A DNA stretch of 64,000 bases from Nitrospirota bacterium (GCA_963818475.1 CAWFSF010000002.1:192001-256000); one strand, 5' to 3'; counted from the first letter of the stretch, positions 20,002 to 32,790 are shown. Notes: generated from the sequence alone by a model not told the origin. Numbers and translations: made by a program.

Positions 20002-20036
20002 TAAAGGATAGCATGGTAAAGCAATATCGTTTCTGC

Positions 20037-20963
20037 CTAAGAAAGGTTCAGCTGGCGGGACAACTGCTCACCTGCCTCGCGAAGTGTTTTCTCTCCCTTG
20101 ACCTCCTTAAGCGAGTACGGCAGCGTAGCAACGGGCAGGCTGCCCGCCATTCGTTTGAGGTCTGTCATATACGGCTGTTGTGCCTGGAACATGGAGTCCA
20201 GGGCAGGAGAGTCGGGGTTCTCAATGACCCGGTTTATTACCAGGCCCTGAACTGAGAGGTTATATTCCCTCAGCGTGTCCATGAGCCGTTCCACATGCCT
20301 GACCACCAATGCCTCGGGGTTCGCAACCACAACAAACCTCGACCTGCTCTGGATAAAGCCCGCGATCCGCTCCGACAACGCGATCCATTCGTCCATGGTG
20401 TCGGAAATGGACCGCGTCCCGGTGATGCGCCTGCCGATTTTGTCCAGCCCTTCGAAGACACGCGCTCCGGCCCGAAGATGTTTTCTGATGAACTTTGGCA
20501 TATTCAGAAGGTTGAGGGTCTCGCCGGCCGGCGCCGTGTCCCAGACGACCCGGTCATAGTTCCCGGTATCGACCGTATCAACGATGAGGTCAAGCATGGT
20601 CTCTTCCCTGAGCGACGGCGCAGAACCGATATAATCGAGCAGCTGGTGCCGCGACTCGCTGTCAAGGGCGTCAAGATCGATGAGTTGGGAGAGGATATCG
20701 TAGAAATCGCGGCTGAATTTCTTTTTCCACCGCGCCACGATGGCATCCTGCCCGATCTCGACAGCGGACAGGTTCTCCGCGATCGTGGTAACGGAATCCC
20801 CGATCTGCAGTTCATAAATATCGGACAGGGACGGCGTCAGGTCTGACGTCATGATGATGGTCTTTTTGCCCGAGGCAGCGAACCAGGCAGCCACCGCAGC
20901 CGAGCACGTGGTCTTTCCTACGCCGCCTTTGCCGCCAAAAAGGATGATCGGGGTTTCTGTCAT
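20037..20963 (-). CDS. ArsA/GET3-family ATPase
   Basis: GGKGGVGKTT, SLSD, DTAPAGETL, VINRV. Confidence 0.9.
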   Translation of the reverse strand: MTETPIILFGGKGGVGKTTCSAAVAAWFAASGKKTIIMTSDLTPSLSDIYELQIGDSVTTIAENLSAVEIGQDAIVARWKKKFSRDFYDILSQLIDLDALDSESRHQLLDYIGSAPSLREETMLDLIVDTVDTGNYDRVVWDTAPAGETLNLLNMPKFIRKHLRAGARVFEGLDKIGRRITGTRSISDTMDEWIALSERIAGFIQSRSRFVVVANPEALVVRHVERLMDTLREYNLSVQGLVINRVIENPDSPALDSMFQAQQPYMTDLKRMAGSLPVATLPYSLKEVKGEKTLREAGEQLSRQLNLS

Positions 20964-21096
20964 AGTATTGTGCGCTCTCCCGGCCGGTCGCCATGTTGTG
21001 GTACCCGCACAGATTCAAGCCATTACTTAAATCGCTGATGTGCGAAAAAAGGTCCCCATTCCGCAATCCGAAATCCGCATTCCGCAATTGCCACTG

Positions 21097-21825
21097 CTAG
21101 GGGATGGTCCTTACCTTGTCCTCCGGATAGCTGGTCACCACGGTTTTCAAAGGCAGGGCCTCGGCGCCGGAGTAGGAGTAGTCCGTACGCACGAGCTCTA
21201 CGGGGCTGTCTCCCGGCGCATACATCCGCATTGACGCGATCCTTCCCTGTTCGTCGTATTCATAGCGTGTATAGGAAACCACGTTCTCCCGGGCATTGAC
21301 GATCACCTTTTTCAGTTCTGCCGCAGCCTCAGGGATGCTTGTTGCCACCCCCACGGCGAAGCCGACCACGCTGCCGACTGCCACGGGTACGAGTTTGACC
21401 GTAAGATACCCTGCCAGCGCCTCGAGCGACCCGGGATATCCCTGCATGCCCTGCGTCAAGGCCAAGCCGCCCTGAAATCCATCGCCGGTCCAGCGGTAGA
21501 TCACGTCAAAGGGCCTGCTCATGTCCGGCCCTTCCTCGCCGCGCACAACAATGTCGTAGGATTGATACGGACGGCCTGCAAGATAACTCACCAGCGTAAA
21601 CTGCTCGCCTGCCCTGGAAGGCCGATGTTCCAGCGGCACTCCGAAAAAAGGCCTGCCTTTCACGTCATACTCGATGCGTTTTAGCATCGTTATTTTCTGC
21701 GCAGTATCGCTCCAGCCCGAGCTTGCAGTAAGATCGACCCGCCCGGTCATGCAGCCGGACAGGAAGAAGAGGCCAAGCAGCAGGCATTTCGTTCTCTTGG
21801 TGCGAAAACATTCACTAGTCGTCAT
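21097..21825 (-). CDS. Hypothetical lipoprotein
   Basis: Lipobox FLSGC; start overlaps the upstream stop; C-terminal part of track ORF 21097-22872. Confidence 0.65.
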   Translation of the reverse strand: MTTSECFRTKRTKCLLLGLFFLSGCMTGRVDLTASSGWSDTAQKITMLKRIEYDVKGRPFFGVPLEHRPSRAGEQFTLVSYLAGRPYQSYDIVVRGEEGPDMSRPFDVIYRWTGDGFQGGLALTQGMQGYPGSLEALAGYLTVKLVPVAVGSVVGFAVGVATSIPEAAAELKKVIVNARENVVSYTRYEYDEQGRIASMRMYAPGDSPVELVRTDYSYSGAEALPLKTVVTSYPEDKVRTIP

Positions 21826-22961
21826 TGTTTTCTCACGAGCTGTATGACCGTGACCTCCGGTGGAGCGAGAAATCGTATCGGAGGCCCCCAGGTGCCGGCG
21901 CCGCGGCTCGTGTAGACGACCGAGCCCTTGCCCACGTCGTACCGTCCCGCTTGGAGCGGATGGGCGCGCTGGCTTAAGTAGGTGAAGGGCCAGATCTGGC
22001 CCTTGTGCGTGTGGCCCGACAGCATGAGGTCGTACATACCGATTGCGTCCGGGTCCGGATGGGGCTGGTGCTTCAGGAAGAGGACAAACTTCTTCGACCG
22101 GTCGGTCCTGGCCAACGCCTCGCGGTCCGGCGCGGGCGTCCCGGTCTTGGTCTGGATGGCCGCCCGGTCGTCCACCCCGGCGATCTGGATGACCCCGAGG
22201 TCTCTCGATTCGCCTCTCAGCACGGTGAAACCTGAGTGGTGGAGAAGCTCCAGCGCCTTGTCGAGGCCGGCATAGTACTCGTGGTTCCCCGTCACGGCGA
22301 ACTTGCCGTATTGCGGATGGATTTCCTGCAAGAGCTCGCGCAAACCCGGCAAGTGATTGATTTGGGCATCCACGAGGTCGCCGGTGACGACGAGAATGTC
22401 CGGCTTGGCTGCTTTCACCGCTTCCAGTATCGCCACCAGGCGATCGCACCGCACGATGAGGCCAAGATGCACATCCGATATCTGGGCGATAGTGACCTTG
22501 TCCGTGCCCCTGGGCAGCCGGTCCGTCTCGAAGACGAGCCGCTCGGTCCGGATGTTCTGCGCGTCGAAATAGCCGTAGACGCAGATCAGAGCCGACAGGG
22601 AGAGCGATAGCACAAAGGAAAGCCTTGGCGGAACGCGCAGAAGGAACGGGCCCTGCCCACCGAGCCATGCCGGCACCCGAAGCGCGAGGTTCACGAGGTC
22701 GATCACGACGGAACTGCAGAAGAAGAGGAAGATGAGTGCCATCCAGAGGTAGGCGATCCAGGACAGGGTGCGTGCCGAAAGCTCGAACTCGTTCCGCTCC
22801 AGCGAACGGATGAGGAACACGGCCCCGACCATGAAGACCATGAAGAGCGCGACGACGATGCCCGTGCCCCATCCGAACCCGAAAGCCTGCCGCGCCTTCA
22901 GGAACGCGTAGGCGTGGATACCTCCGTACACGCCGAATACAAAGAAAAAGAAAAGGATCAT
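21822..22961 (-). CDS. Membrane-anchored metallophosphoesterase (YkuE-like)
   Basis: N-terminal TMs, [26 protein letters not shown]. Confidence 0.92.
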   Translation of the reverse strand: MILFFFFVFGVYGGIHAYAFLKARQAFGFGWGTGIVVALFMVFMVGAVFLIRSLERNEFELSARTLSWIAYLWMALIFLFFCSSVVIDLVNLALRVPAWLGGQGPFLLRVPPRLSFVLSLSLSALICVYGYFDAQNIRTERLVFETDRLPRGTDKVTIAQISDVHLGLIVRCDRLVAILEAVKAAKPDILVVTGDLVDAQINHLPGLRELLQEIHPQYGKFAVTGNHEYYAGLDKALELLHHSGFTVLRGESRDLGVIQIAGVDDRAAIQTKTGTPAPDREALARTDRSKKFVLFLKHQPHPDPDAIGMYDLMLSGHTHKGQIWPFTYLSQRAHPLQAGRYDVGKGSVVYTSRGAGTWGPPIRFLAPPEVTVIQLVRKQ

Positions 22962-24038
22962 CTGCCGAAACTCACCCCCATGCCCTCGGCGACCTTCACG
23001 AGCTCGTCTTCGGGGTCGACCAGCTTGAGCTGGCTGATCGCCTGCTCGAGCGGCACCGAGGTGATGATCGGCGGCTGATAGGAGACCATTTCCCCGAATT
23101 TCTTCTGGGCGATAAGCTCCACGGCATGGGCGCCGTAGCGCGTGGCCAGCAGCCGGTCAAAGGGACAGGGACTGCCTCCGCGCTGCAAGTGGCCGAGCAC
23201 GGTCACGCGCGTTTCGAAGCTTGTGCGTTTGCTGATCTCATTCGCTACGATCTCGCCCATGCCGCCGAGTCTCAGGACGTATCCGTCTGCACGCCTTCTC
23301 GCGCACCGCCATTTCTCCGCCCGCGGGCTTGGCGCCCTCGGCCACCACCACGATGCTCGACTTGCTTCCCGCTTTTTTCCGTTCCAGGAGCCTTTCCGTC
23401 ACCTTATCGATACTGAAAGGGATCTCGGGGATCAGGATGACGTGGGCGCTGCCTGACATGCCGGCCTGCAGAGCGATCCATCCGGCATACCTTCCCATCA
23501 CCTCGAGAATAATGACCCGCTGGTGGCTCTCCGCTGTGGTATGGAGTTTGTCGAGCGCTTCAGTTGCCGTGTCCACGGCGGTCTGGAAGCCGAAGGTCAC
23601 GTGCGTGGCCATAAGGTCGTTGTCGATGGTCTTGGGGACGCCGATCACCGGGATCCCCAGTTTGTTGAGCCCGTTGCCGATCTTGAGAGAACCGTCACCG
23701 CCGATGACCACGAGACAGTCCAGCCCGAGTTCCCGGATATTGGCGATGACCACGGCGGACATGTCCTCGACGATCTCCCTGCCGTTCATCACGGTCTTGT
23801 ACGCAAAGGGATTGCCGCGGTTCGTCGTCCCCAGGATCGTGCCGCCGACGAACAGAATGCCCCTCGTGTTCCACGAGGTGAGCGGGCGCGTTTTCGTCGG
23901 GCTGAGCAGACCTTCGAATCCGTCTATGATGCCGGTCACTTCCCAGCCGTACTTGAAGATGGCGGTCTTCGTGACCGCGCGGATCACTGCATTAAGACCG
24001 GGCGCGTCGCCCCCGCCTGACAGAATTCCGATACGCAT
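22958..24038 (-). CDS. pfkA: 6-phosphofructokinase, frameshifted near 23290
   Basis: [40 protein letters not shown]. Confidence 0.93.
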
Positions 24039-24059
24039 GATTGCCTCCGAATGAAAATA

Positions 24060-24142
24060 TGGATCATGGGTCAAGTAGCATGGGTCAAGTTGAAGACAGC
24101 TCAACCGGAAATCCTTGCTATTTGCTACTTGCTGCTTGACCT
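24060..24142. repeat. Heptamer-periodic palindromic element
   Basis: tggatca tgggtca agtagca tgggtca ... tgctatt tgctact tgctgct tgacc. Confidence 0.6.
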
Positions 24143-24972
24143 GTGTTTTTTATTCCCAGCAGCTTCGCACCGCTCTCGCAGGCGATCTTCATCACCTGAA
24201 CGCGAGGTATTCCCGCCTGCTCAAACAGCTCGATCTCGGAATCATAGGTCTCACGGTAGGCGGGATCGGGAAGCACGCAATCCGTGCCAATGGCGAGCGG
24301 GACGCCGATCGAATGGGCATAGCGCAGCATCGATCGCTGCGACAGGATCAGCTGCTCGACGAACTGGACGGTATCAGACGCGGCAGACGATCCAGCCGCG
24401 CGCCGCAGGGCGACCAGGGTCGGCACCCAGAAAATGTCCTTCGCAGCCATGAGATCAAGCGCCCGTTCCGTCATGAAAAACCCGTGCTCGATGGACCGCA
24501 CGCCGGCAGAAGCAGCGGCAATGATCGCCTGCTCTCCGTTTGCATGCGCCATGACACCGAGACCCTGTGCCGCTCCCGCGTTCACCAGGCATGCCAGTTC
24601 TTCGCTGCTGAACCCGCCCGCAGTGACCTGGCCGGGACGCTTGAAGCTTACCATGCCTGATGCCATGGTTTTGATTATACCAGCTCCGGCGCGTTTCAGG
24701 CGAAGGATCTCGGTCGGTATCTGGTCCGGTGTTGATATTGCTACGCCGAAGGCGGATCCATAGCCGCCCTGGCGATACAACGCCCAGCCGCTTGCAAGTA
24801 CGGCCGGCCCGTACTCCCTGGCGATGATGCCGTGTTCGACATTCCGCTTGAAACCGGCATCGCGAAGCGCCCTGATCCCAGCGGACGCAGCGCAGTCAAG
24901 CCCTGATGTTTCCTTGAGGTGCACATGGGCATCAACGAGGCCGCTCATGGTTGTGGATGGTTGAGAGGGCAT
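24118..24972 (-). CDS. Amidohydrolase family protein
   Basis: GLVDAHVH, IIKTMASG, MAHANG, SIEHG, IGTD. Confidence 0.85.
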   Translation of the reverse strand: MPSQPSTTMSGLVDAHVHLKETSGLDCAASAGIRALRDAGFKRNVEHGIIAREYGPAVLASGWALYRQGGYGSAFGVAISTPDQIPTEILRLKRAGAGIIKTMASGMVSFKRPGQVTAGGFSSEELACLVNAGAAQGLGVMAHANGEQAIIAAASAGVRSIEHGFFMTERALDLMAAKDIFWVPTLVALRRAAGSSAASDTVQFVEQLILSQRSMLRYAHSIGVPLAIGTDCVLPDPAYRETYDSEIELFEQAGIPRVQVMKIACESGAKLLGIKNTGQAASSK

Positions 24973-24989
24973 GGTAAAACGCCCGGAGG

Positions 24990-25686
24990 TTATGGGCTGA
25001 TCATCCCCTTATCGCGGAAACTGAAGTGCGTGCCGTCGCCGATAATGATATGGTCGAGCACCCGGATGCCGAGCACCTCGCCGGCCTGCACCAGCCGTTT
25101 CGTGAGCAGAATATCTTCCTGGCTCGGCCGGGTATCGCCGCTCGGATGGTTATGGATGAAAATGACCGCGGCTGCCGATTCCCTGATTGCTGCCTTAAAG
25201 GTGTCGCGGGGATGCACGATCGATGCGGATAGGCTGCCGACCGAGACCTCCTCGTCCCGGATGATCTTGTTCTTGGTATCGAGCAGGGCGCACCGGAATA
25301 CCTCTTTTTTGAGGTCCTTCATGCGCGGGCGGTAATAGCCGATGACATCGTCGCAGGAACAGAACGACTCGCCCGCGAGCGACGGAAGCTGGTATCGCTT
25401 CCCGATCTCGATGGCCGCTTTGATCTCGGCTGCCTTTGCCGGTCCGATGCCGTTGACGCCGCAGATCTCGGTAATGCTCGCCTGGCCAAGCCCCGCGAGG
25501 CCGCCGAATTGCGCCAAAAGCTCCATGCTCAGGTCGAGCGCGGTGCGGCCCGCCTTGCCGCTCCTGATGATGATCGCAAGCAGGTGGGCATCTGACAATG
25601 ACGACGGGCCATGGGCGATCAGCCGTTCGCGCGGCCGTTCGTCCTCGGGCCAGTGCTTTGACCGTCCGGAGCTGGGTATCGGGCAT
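24990..25686 (-). CDS. radC: RadC/JAB domain protein
   Basis: WPEDERPRERL, HPRD, HNHPSGD, LDHIIIG; start uncertain, probable frameshift just after ATG 25686. Confidence 0.9.
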
Positions 25687-25806
25687 TTCACCTCGGGTGC
25701 TGGAGTAGGAACGAATTTCGTTAAAGTATAGAGGTGATGAAAAATGCTGTCAAATAAAAAAGACGACCCCTGAGGGGCCGCCTTCTCGCCATGCACTGTT
25801 ATTTTG

Positions 25807-25935
25807 TCATACCCTCACAAACGCATCCTTCGGAGCGTTGCAGACCGGGCAGGCCCAGTCATCGGGCAGGTCTTCGAATTTTTTTCCTTCTTTCGCTTCT
25901 TCGTAGATATAGCCGCATACGGTACATCGCCACAT
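25807..25935 (-). CDS. Rubredoxin, 42 aa (absent from ORF track)
   Basis: Manual translation [42 protein letters not shown]; ggagg RBS. Confidence 0.92.
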   Translation of the reverse strand: MWRCTVCGYIYEEAKEGKKFEDLPDDWACPVCNAPKDAFVRV

Positions 25936-25952
25936 ATTAACCTCCCTAACTC

Positions 25953-26080
25953 CAAATTTTAAATTTCAAAAAACAAATACCAAATAATATCGAATATTCA
26001 AATACCAATGGCCGAACGTTTGAAGCTTGATCTTTGGAGCTTGTAATTTACTTGCTATTTGATGCTTGGTGATTGGGATT
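25953..26080. repeat. About 125-bp AT-rich heptamer-periodic palindromic element
   Basis: caaat-rich left arm, atttg-rich right arm, central aacgttt; inverted homologue at 33802-33931. Confidence 0.75.
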
Positions 26081-26101
26081 TATTATTTTAACATCACAAC
26101 A

Positions 26102-27344
26102 TTATTTGCATTGGCCGGAACCAGTGCCATCGAATTTTTTGTGGTACTCGATGGTCTTCTCCGCAAACTGCTTCCCGAACTCGAAGCATTTTTTTTCGTC
26201 GTCGGGACTCGGCCGGTAGAGGACCTCGACCCCTGGTTCGACTGTGTCCAGCCCCATCTTTTTGAAGGCCTCGTATACTTCTTTCACCGCCCCACCGCCC
26301 CAGCCAAAGCTCCCGAACGCTCCGACAAGCCGGTTCTTCGGTCGGAGCCCCCGAAGATGCGCCAGGAATTCGGCAACAGTCGGGAACATTATATTGTTGA
26401 GCGTAGGCGTGCCCACAAGCATAGCCCGCGACTCCCAGATCCGTTTGATCGCCACGCTCATGGGCGTGGACCGGAGCTTGATCACATCGACATCGACGCC
26501 GGCTGACTTGATCCCCTCCATGATCGGGATGGTCATGTGCTCGGTGCTGTGCCACATGGTGTCATATACGATCACGACCCGGAGGTCGGCCTTGTCGTTC
26601 GCCATGTCAAGGTACATCTGCAGGATCTTGCCCGGGTCCTTTCTCCAGATGATGCCGTGGTCCGGAGCGATCATGTCGATGGCCAGACCCAGTTTCTGCA
26701 CCTCGGCGATCTTGTTCTTGATCAGCGCGCCGAACGGCATGAGGATGTTCGCGTAGTAGTCGCGGACCGCGTGCTCAAGGGCCGACACGGAATACTGATC
26801 GCAGTATTCATCGTCGAACCGGGCGGACGAAGCGATATGCTGCCCGAAGGCATCCTGGCTGATGAGCAGCTTGTCCTCGGCTACGTAGCTCATCATGGAG
26901 TCAGGCCAGTGGAGCATCGGCGTTTCGAGGAAGGTGATGGTCTTCGTGCCGGTCGAGAGCGTATGGCCGGTCTTGACGATCTTGAACTTCCATCTGCGAA
27001 GTGTCGTAGAACCGGTCCAGCCCTTTTTTGCCGCGCTCCGTGATATGGATCAGGGCGTTCGGCGCCAGCTCCATGATCCGGTCGATGCTGGTCATGTGAT
27101 CGTTCTCAATGTGGTTGATGACCACATATTCGATCTTTGACGGATCCACGAGGCCGCGAATATTATCAAGCGTATATTCGCAAAAATCGTGTTTCACCGT
27201 ATCGACAAGCGTCACATGTTCATCGAGAATGAGATAGTTGTTGTACGACGTTCCGTGCGGCGTTATGTAGCCGTGAAAATCGCGCACCGCCCAGTCGACG
27301 GCGCCGACCCAGAATATCTTCGGTTTTATTTCTACAGCACCCAT
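26102..27344 (-). CDS. fprA: Flavodiiron protein (FprA/ROO), frameshifted near 27000
   Basis: GTSYN, NHIENDH, HWPDSM, DAFGQH, APDHG, flavodoxin YDTMWHST, FGSFGWGGG. Confidence 0.93.
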
Positions 27345-27407
27345 GGGGGCCTCCTGTTGTGATCTCTCCTGATTGAACGGTCATTCACCGGCATGCCCCA
27401 CTGCAGG

Positions 27408-27827
27408 TCAGGCGTTCTTTTGCGCCTTGCGGCATGCCGGGCAGATCCCGTAAAACTCAACGTGATTTCCGAGAATAGAGAAGTTCTGTGCAACCTCTTT
27501 GGGCAGGTCGATGGATATTTCCTCAGGCACATCGACCACCTTTTTGCAGGTTACGCAAATGATATGGTGGTGAGCGCCGGTATTCGGGTCATAGCGCTTT
27601 CGTGAAGGATCAATGGTAATTTCCCGCAACGCCCCTGCCTTGGACAGGGTATTAAGCGTATTGTACACGGTGGCAAAGGAGAGAGCCTTCTCTTTCCCCA
27701 CAACGGCGTGAAAAATCTCTTCCGCGGAAGGGTGGGAGGTGTTTCCGTCCAGATAAGCGAGAATGGCGAGCCTTTGCGGGGTGCGCTTGAACCCCTTTTC
27801 AAGCCCTATTTTGATTGCCTGCTTCAT
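27408..27827 (-). CDS. Fur-family regulator, PerR-like
   Basis: TPQRLAIL, HPSAEE, ATVYNTL, HHHIICVTC, CPAC; upstream of fprA and rubredoxin. Confidence 0.9.
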   Translation of the reverse strand: MKQAIKIGLEKGFKRTPQRLAILAYLDGNTSHPSAEEIFHAVVGKEKALSFATVYNTLNTLSKAGALREITIDPSRKRYDPNTGAHHHIICVTCKKVVDVPEEISIDLPKEVAQNFSILGNHVEFYGICPACRKAQKNA

Positions 27828-27836
27828 GGTTATAAC

Positions 27837-27873
27837 TTAGAATTAATATAAATTATCAGGGTCATGCTGTCAA
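27837..27873 (-). promoter_or_regulatory. Sigma-70 promoter overlapped by a Per-box-like operator
   Basis: Minus strand TTGACA(27873-27868)-17 nt-TATATT(27850-27845); ttatattaattctaa (27851-27837) has 2 mismatches to TTATAATNATTATAA. Confidence 0.7.
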
Positions 27874-27889
27874 GGGCTTTATATCTGGG

Positions 27890-29299
27890 TGTCAACCCAA
27901 AGTAGAAATGTCCTACTCTTACCAAGATAGAAATGTCCGCTTTTAGGAAGCAATTGGAAATTGTACATTTGCTCTGCGGAGTCTCTTCCATGGATGATCT
28001 GATGGTTGATACCGACTTGTCGGTTTCTTATTGACTGCCGGTGTTTTAGGGTTTTCTTTCGCTGGCCGTGTTTTGATCTCCCGATATGTTAATTCCAAGC
28101 CCCTGTGAGTGATATGCAGAGATCCATCGAGTCGTTCTTCCACTGCGACCTTTTGAGTCTTTATAGCGTCTTTGATCTGGTACAGTTTGCCATTATAAGC
28201 TATGGTGAAATCGTTCCGTAGCGTACGCTCCTCTCGAATGCAGAAGATCTTGTCGAGTTCCCTTATGGATAGCGCGCGTTGGTGTACATCGGCTGCAGAA
28301 ACGGGTTTTACCTTGAATTTCGCATTGTATATTGGATGATACTTTATCAGGAATTCGTTTGCCTGCACAACACTGTTTACCCTGGCAAGCCTCATCTCTT
28401 TAACCAATCGATCCTGGAGCGTTCGAAAACTTCTTTCTATCCTGCCTTTTGCCTGGGGTGAATTCGCATGGATGACCGTTACCCCGAGTTCGGTTAGACT
28501 CCTTTCGAACTGGCTCATGGGTTTTCTATCTTCCAACTCATCCTCGATGCTCTGCTTGGCATTGGATTTATACGTTGAGTGCTTGTCCAAATAGACACTC
28601 TGTGGAATGCCGTAGCGCTTGATATACCGCTTGAAGCTATCCATGGCTGGCATGGTCCCCTCATAATCATAAAAGCGCCCATACACCGTTCCTGTGGCAT
28701 CATCGATATATCCCATTAATACGCTCTCAGGACCCCGGCCTTCGAACCAGGCATGATGGGAGCCATCCATCTGGAGCATTTCACCAAAATGATGCTTCCT
28801 CTCGCGCCATTGCCGGTGCTTTCTACCCTTGCGCTTCTCGTAAGGGATGCTTTCCTGATTAAGCCATAGACGGAGGGTTTCGTCGCTTAGCTTGATTTCA
28901 TGAACATCAAGAAGCTTCTCGCAGGCAAAGGTGGGGCCAAAATCACTGTATTTCTCCCGATACAGCTTGAGTGCCTTGTCTTTTACCTTCTGAGGGAATC
29001 GACGATTCGAGGTTTTGCCGCGGGATCGGTGACTGATGCCGTCGTCTCCCTCCTTCCGTACTCGTTTGAGTATCCGTCGAATCTGCCTGCTGCTCAAGCC
29101 TACAAGTTCAGCAGCTGTCTTCTGCGTGATCCTTTTATCCAATGCTTGGTGGATAATGTGCAGTCTTTTTGTTTCTCTCCTGCTCATAGTGATCATGTCC
29201 ATTTCTGTCACAGTACCCTCCAATTACATCAGGGTATTGTAACTTAGAATAGGACATTTCTACTTTGGGAGAATAGGACATTATCATTTTGGGAGTACA
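27890..29299 (-). mobile_element. IS1202-family (ISNCY) insertion sequence, copy 1
   Basis: TGT...ACA ends, repeated subterminal agaaatgtcc/ggacatt motifs, 16-bp direct repeats gggctttatatctggg at 27874-27889 and 29300-29315. Confidence 0.92.
27943..29223 (-). CDS. IS1202-family DDE transposase
   Basis: N-terminal HTH, QMDGSHHAW, IDDATG, YLDKH, SPQAKGRIERSFRTLQDRL. Confidence 0.95.
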   Translation of the reverse strand: MEGTVTEMDMITMSRRETKRLHIIHQALDKRITQKTAAELVGLSSRQIRRILKRVRKEGDDGISHRSRGKTSNRRFPQKVKDKALKLYREKYSDFGPTFACEKLLDVHEIKLSDETLRLWLNQESIPYEKRKGRKHRQWRERKHHFGEMLQMDGSHHAWFEGRGPESVLMGYIDDATGTVYGRFYDYEGTMPAMDSFKRYIKRYGIPQSVYLDKHSTYKSNAKQSIEDELEDRKPMSQFERSLTELGVTVIHANSPQAKGRIERSFRTLQDRLVKEMRLARVNSVVQANEFLIKYHPIYNAKFKVKPVSAADVHQRALSIRELDKIFCIREERTLRNDFTIAYNGKLYQIKDAIKTQKVAVEERLDGSLHITHRGLELTYREIKTRPAKENPKTPAVNKKPTSRYQPSDHPWKRLRRANVQFPIAS

Positions 29300-29315
29300 G
29301 GGCTTTATATCTGGG

Positions 29316-30726
29316 TGTCAACCCAAAGTAGAAATGTCCTACTCTTACCAAGATAGAAATGTCCGCTTTTAGGAAGCAATTGGAAATTGTACATTTGCTC
29401 TGCGGAGTCTCTTCCATGGATGATCTGATGGTTGATACCGACTTGTCGGTTTCTTATTGACTGCCGGTGTTTTAGGGTTTTCTTTCGCTGGCCGTGTTTT
29501 GATCTCCCGATATGTTAATTCCAAGCCCCTGTGAGTGATATGCAGAGATCCATCGAGTCGTTCTTCCACTGCGACCTTTTGAGTCTTTATAGCGTCTTTG
29601 ATCTGGTACAGTTTGCCATTATAAGCTATGGTGAAATCGTTCCGTAGCGTACGCTCCTCTCGAATGCAGAAGATCTTGTCGAGTTCCCTTATGGATAGCG
29701 CGCGTTGGTGTACATCGGCTGCAGAAACGGTTTTTACCTTGAATTTCGCATTGTATATTGGATGATACTTTATCAGGAATTCGTTTGCCTGCACAACACT
29801 GTTTACCCTGGCAAGCCTCATCTCTTTAACCAATCGATCCTGGAGCGTTCGAAAACTTCTTTCTATCCTGCCTTTTGCCTGGGGTGAATTCGCATGGATG
29901 ACCGTTACCCCGAGTTCGGTTAGACTCCTTTCGAACTGGCTCATGGGTTTTCTATCTTCCAACTCATCCTCGATGCTCTGCTTGGCATTGGATTTATACG
30001 TTGAGTGCTTGTCCAAATAGACACTCTGTGGAATGCCGTAGCGCTTGATATACCGCTTGAAGCTATCCATGGCTGGCATGGTCCCCTCATAATCATAAAA
30101 GCGCCCATACACCGTTCCTGTGGCATCATCGATATATCCCATTAATACGCTCTCAGGACCCCGGCCTTCGAACCAGGCATGATGGGAGCCATCCATCTGG
30201 AGCATTTCACCAAAATGATGCTTCCTCTCGCGCCATTGCCGGTGTCTTTCTACCCTTGCGCTTCTCGTAAGGGATGCTTTCCTGATTAAGCCATAGACGG
30301 AGGGTTTCGTCGCTTAGCTTGATTTCATGAACATCAAGAAGCTTCTCGCAGGCAAAGGTGGGGCCAAAATCACTGTATTTCTCCCGATACAGCTTGAGTG
30401 CCTTGTCTTTTGCCTTCTGAGGGAATCGACGATTCGAGGTTTTGCCGCGGGATCGGTGACTGATGCCGTCGTCTCCCTCCTTCCGTACTCGTTTGAGTAT
30501 CCGTCGAATCTGCCTGCTGCTCAAGCCTACAAGTTCAGCAGCTGTCTTCTGCGTGATCCTTTTATCCAATGCTTGGTGGATAATGTGCAGTCTTTTTGTT
30601 TCTCTCCTGCTCATAGTGATCATGTCCATTTCTGTCACAGTACCCTCCAATTACATCAGGGTATTGTAACTTAGAATAGGACATTTCTACTTTGGGAGAA
30701 TAGGACATTATCATTTTGGGAGTACA
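29316..30726 (-). mobile_element. IS1202-family insertion sequence, copy 2 (tandem)
   Basis: Near-identical to copy 1; followed by a third direct repeat at 30727-30742 and a 12-bp partial at 30743-30754. Confidence 0.92.
29369..30650 (-). CDS. IS1202-family transposase, one frameshift near 30245
   Basis: ORFs 30207-30650 and 29369-30205 together match copy 1. Confidence 0.88.
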
Positions 30727-30764
30727 GGGCTTTATATCTGGGTTTATATCTGGGCGGGCAAATG

Positions 30765-30794
30765 AAAAGGCAGGCCCCTGCCGGGGACTGCCTT
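30765..30794 (-). terminator. Intrinsic terminator of the atp operon
   Basis: aaggcagtccccggcaggggcctgcctttt on the minus strand after atpC. Confidence 0.75.
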
Positions 30795-30822
30795 GTGTGT
30801 TGGGTTTTCGCTGATGCCGTTC

Positions 30823-31248
30823 TTACTTCTGTGCGTGCTTTTCCGCCACCTGAACGCGGATGATTGCTCGGAGCAGCTCAATGCGGGCTTTTTCATAATC
30901 CTTCTGTTCCAGCTGTCCGCCGAGCGCTTTTTCTGCGCGCTCTTTCTCCAGCCTTGCATCTTCAAGGTTGATATCCATGGCACGGTCTGCGCCCTCGGCC
31001 AGGATGATCACCCGGTTCGGCCCCACCTCTGCATAGCCCCAGTCTACGGCAAGGTAATGCCACTCATCACCCTCGCGATACGAAAGTTCACCGACCTTAA
31101 GTGTGGTCAGGAACGGGGTATGACCGGGGAGAACGCCGAACTCGCCTTCGCTGCCTGGCGCGATCACTTCGTCCACGTGCTCCGATCGCACAACCTGGCG
31201 GCTCGGCGCAACGACTTCAAGAAGCATTTTTCCTTTTTCAGCGACCAT
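30823..31248 (-). CDS. atpC: ATP synthase epsilon subunit
   Basis: LEVVAP, PGSEGEFGVLPGH; position after atpD. Confidence 0.95.
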   Translation of the reverse strand: MVAEKGKMLLEVVAPSRQVVRSEHVDEVIAPGSEGEFGVLPGHTPFLTTLKVGELSYREGDEWHYLAVDWGYAEVGPNRVIILAEGADRAMDINLEDARLEKERAEKALGGQLEQKDYEKARIELLRAIIRVQVAEKHAQK

Positions 31249-31280
31249 GTTCTTTTTCCAATCCTCGCCACTCATGTTGT

Positions 31281-31357
31281 CATGGATGCAGGATCCATGA
31301 TTCACGATGCATGATGATAATCGCGTTGTCCATCCTTATCAGCATACTGTATCCTGC
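31281..31357. repeat. Heptamer-periodic palindromic element (atpD-atpC)
   Basis: ggatgca ggatcca tgattca cgatgca ... catcct...gcatactgtatcctg. Confidence 0.6.
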
Positions 31358-31367
31358 TCGGACTCAA

Positions 31368-32790
<1,423 letters not shown>

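Noticed and set aside
20037-20963. Arsenic resistance locus
   Set aside because: Single-domain ArsA/GET3 ATPase without arsB, acr3, arsC or arsR
24990-25796. radC as marker of a prophage or ICE
   Set aside because: Full-length chromosomal type among housekeeping genes with no mobility genes
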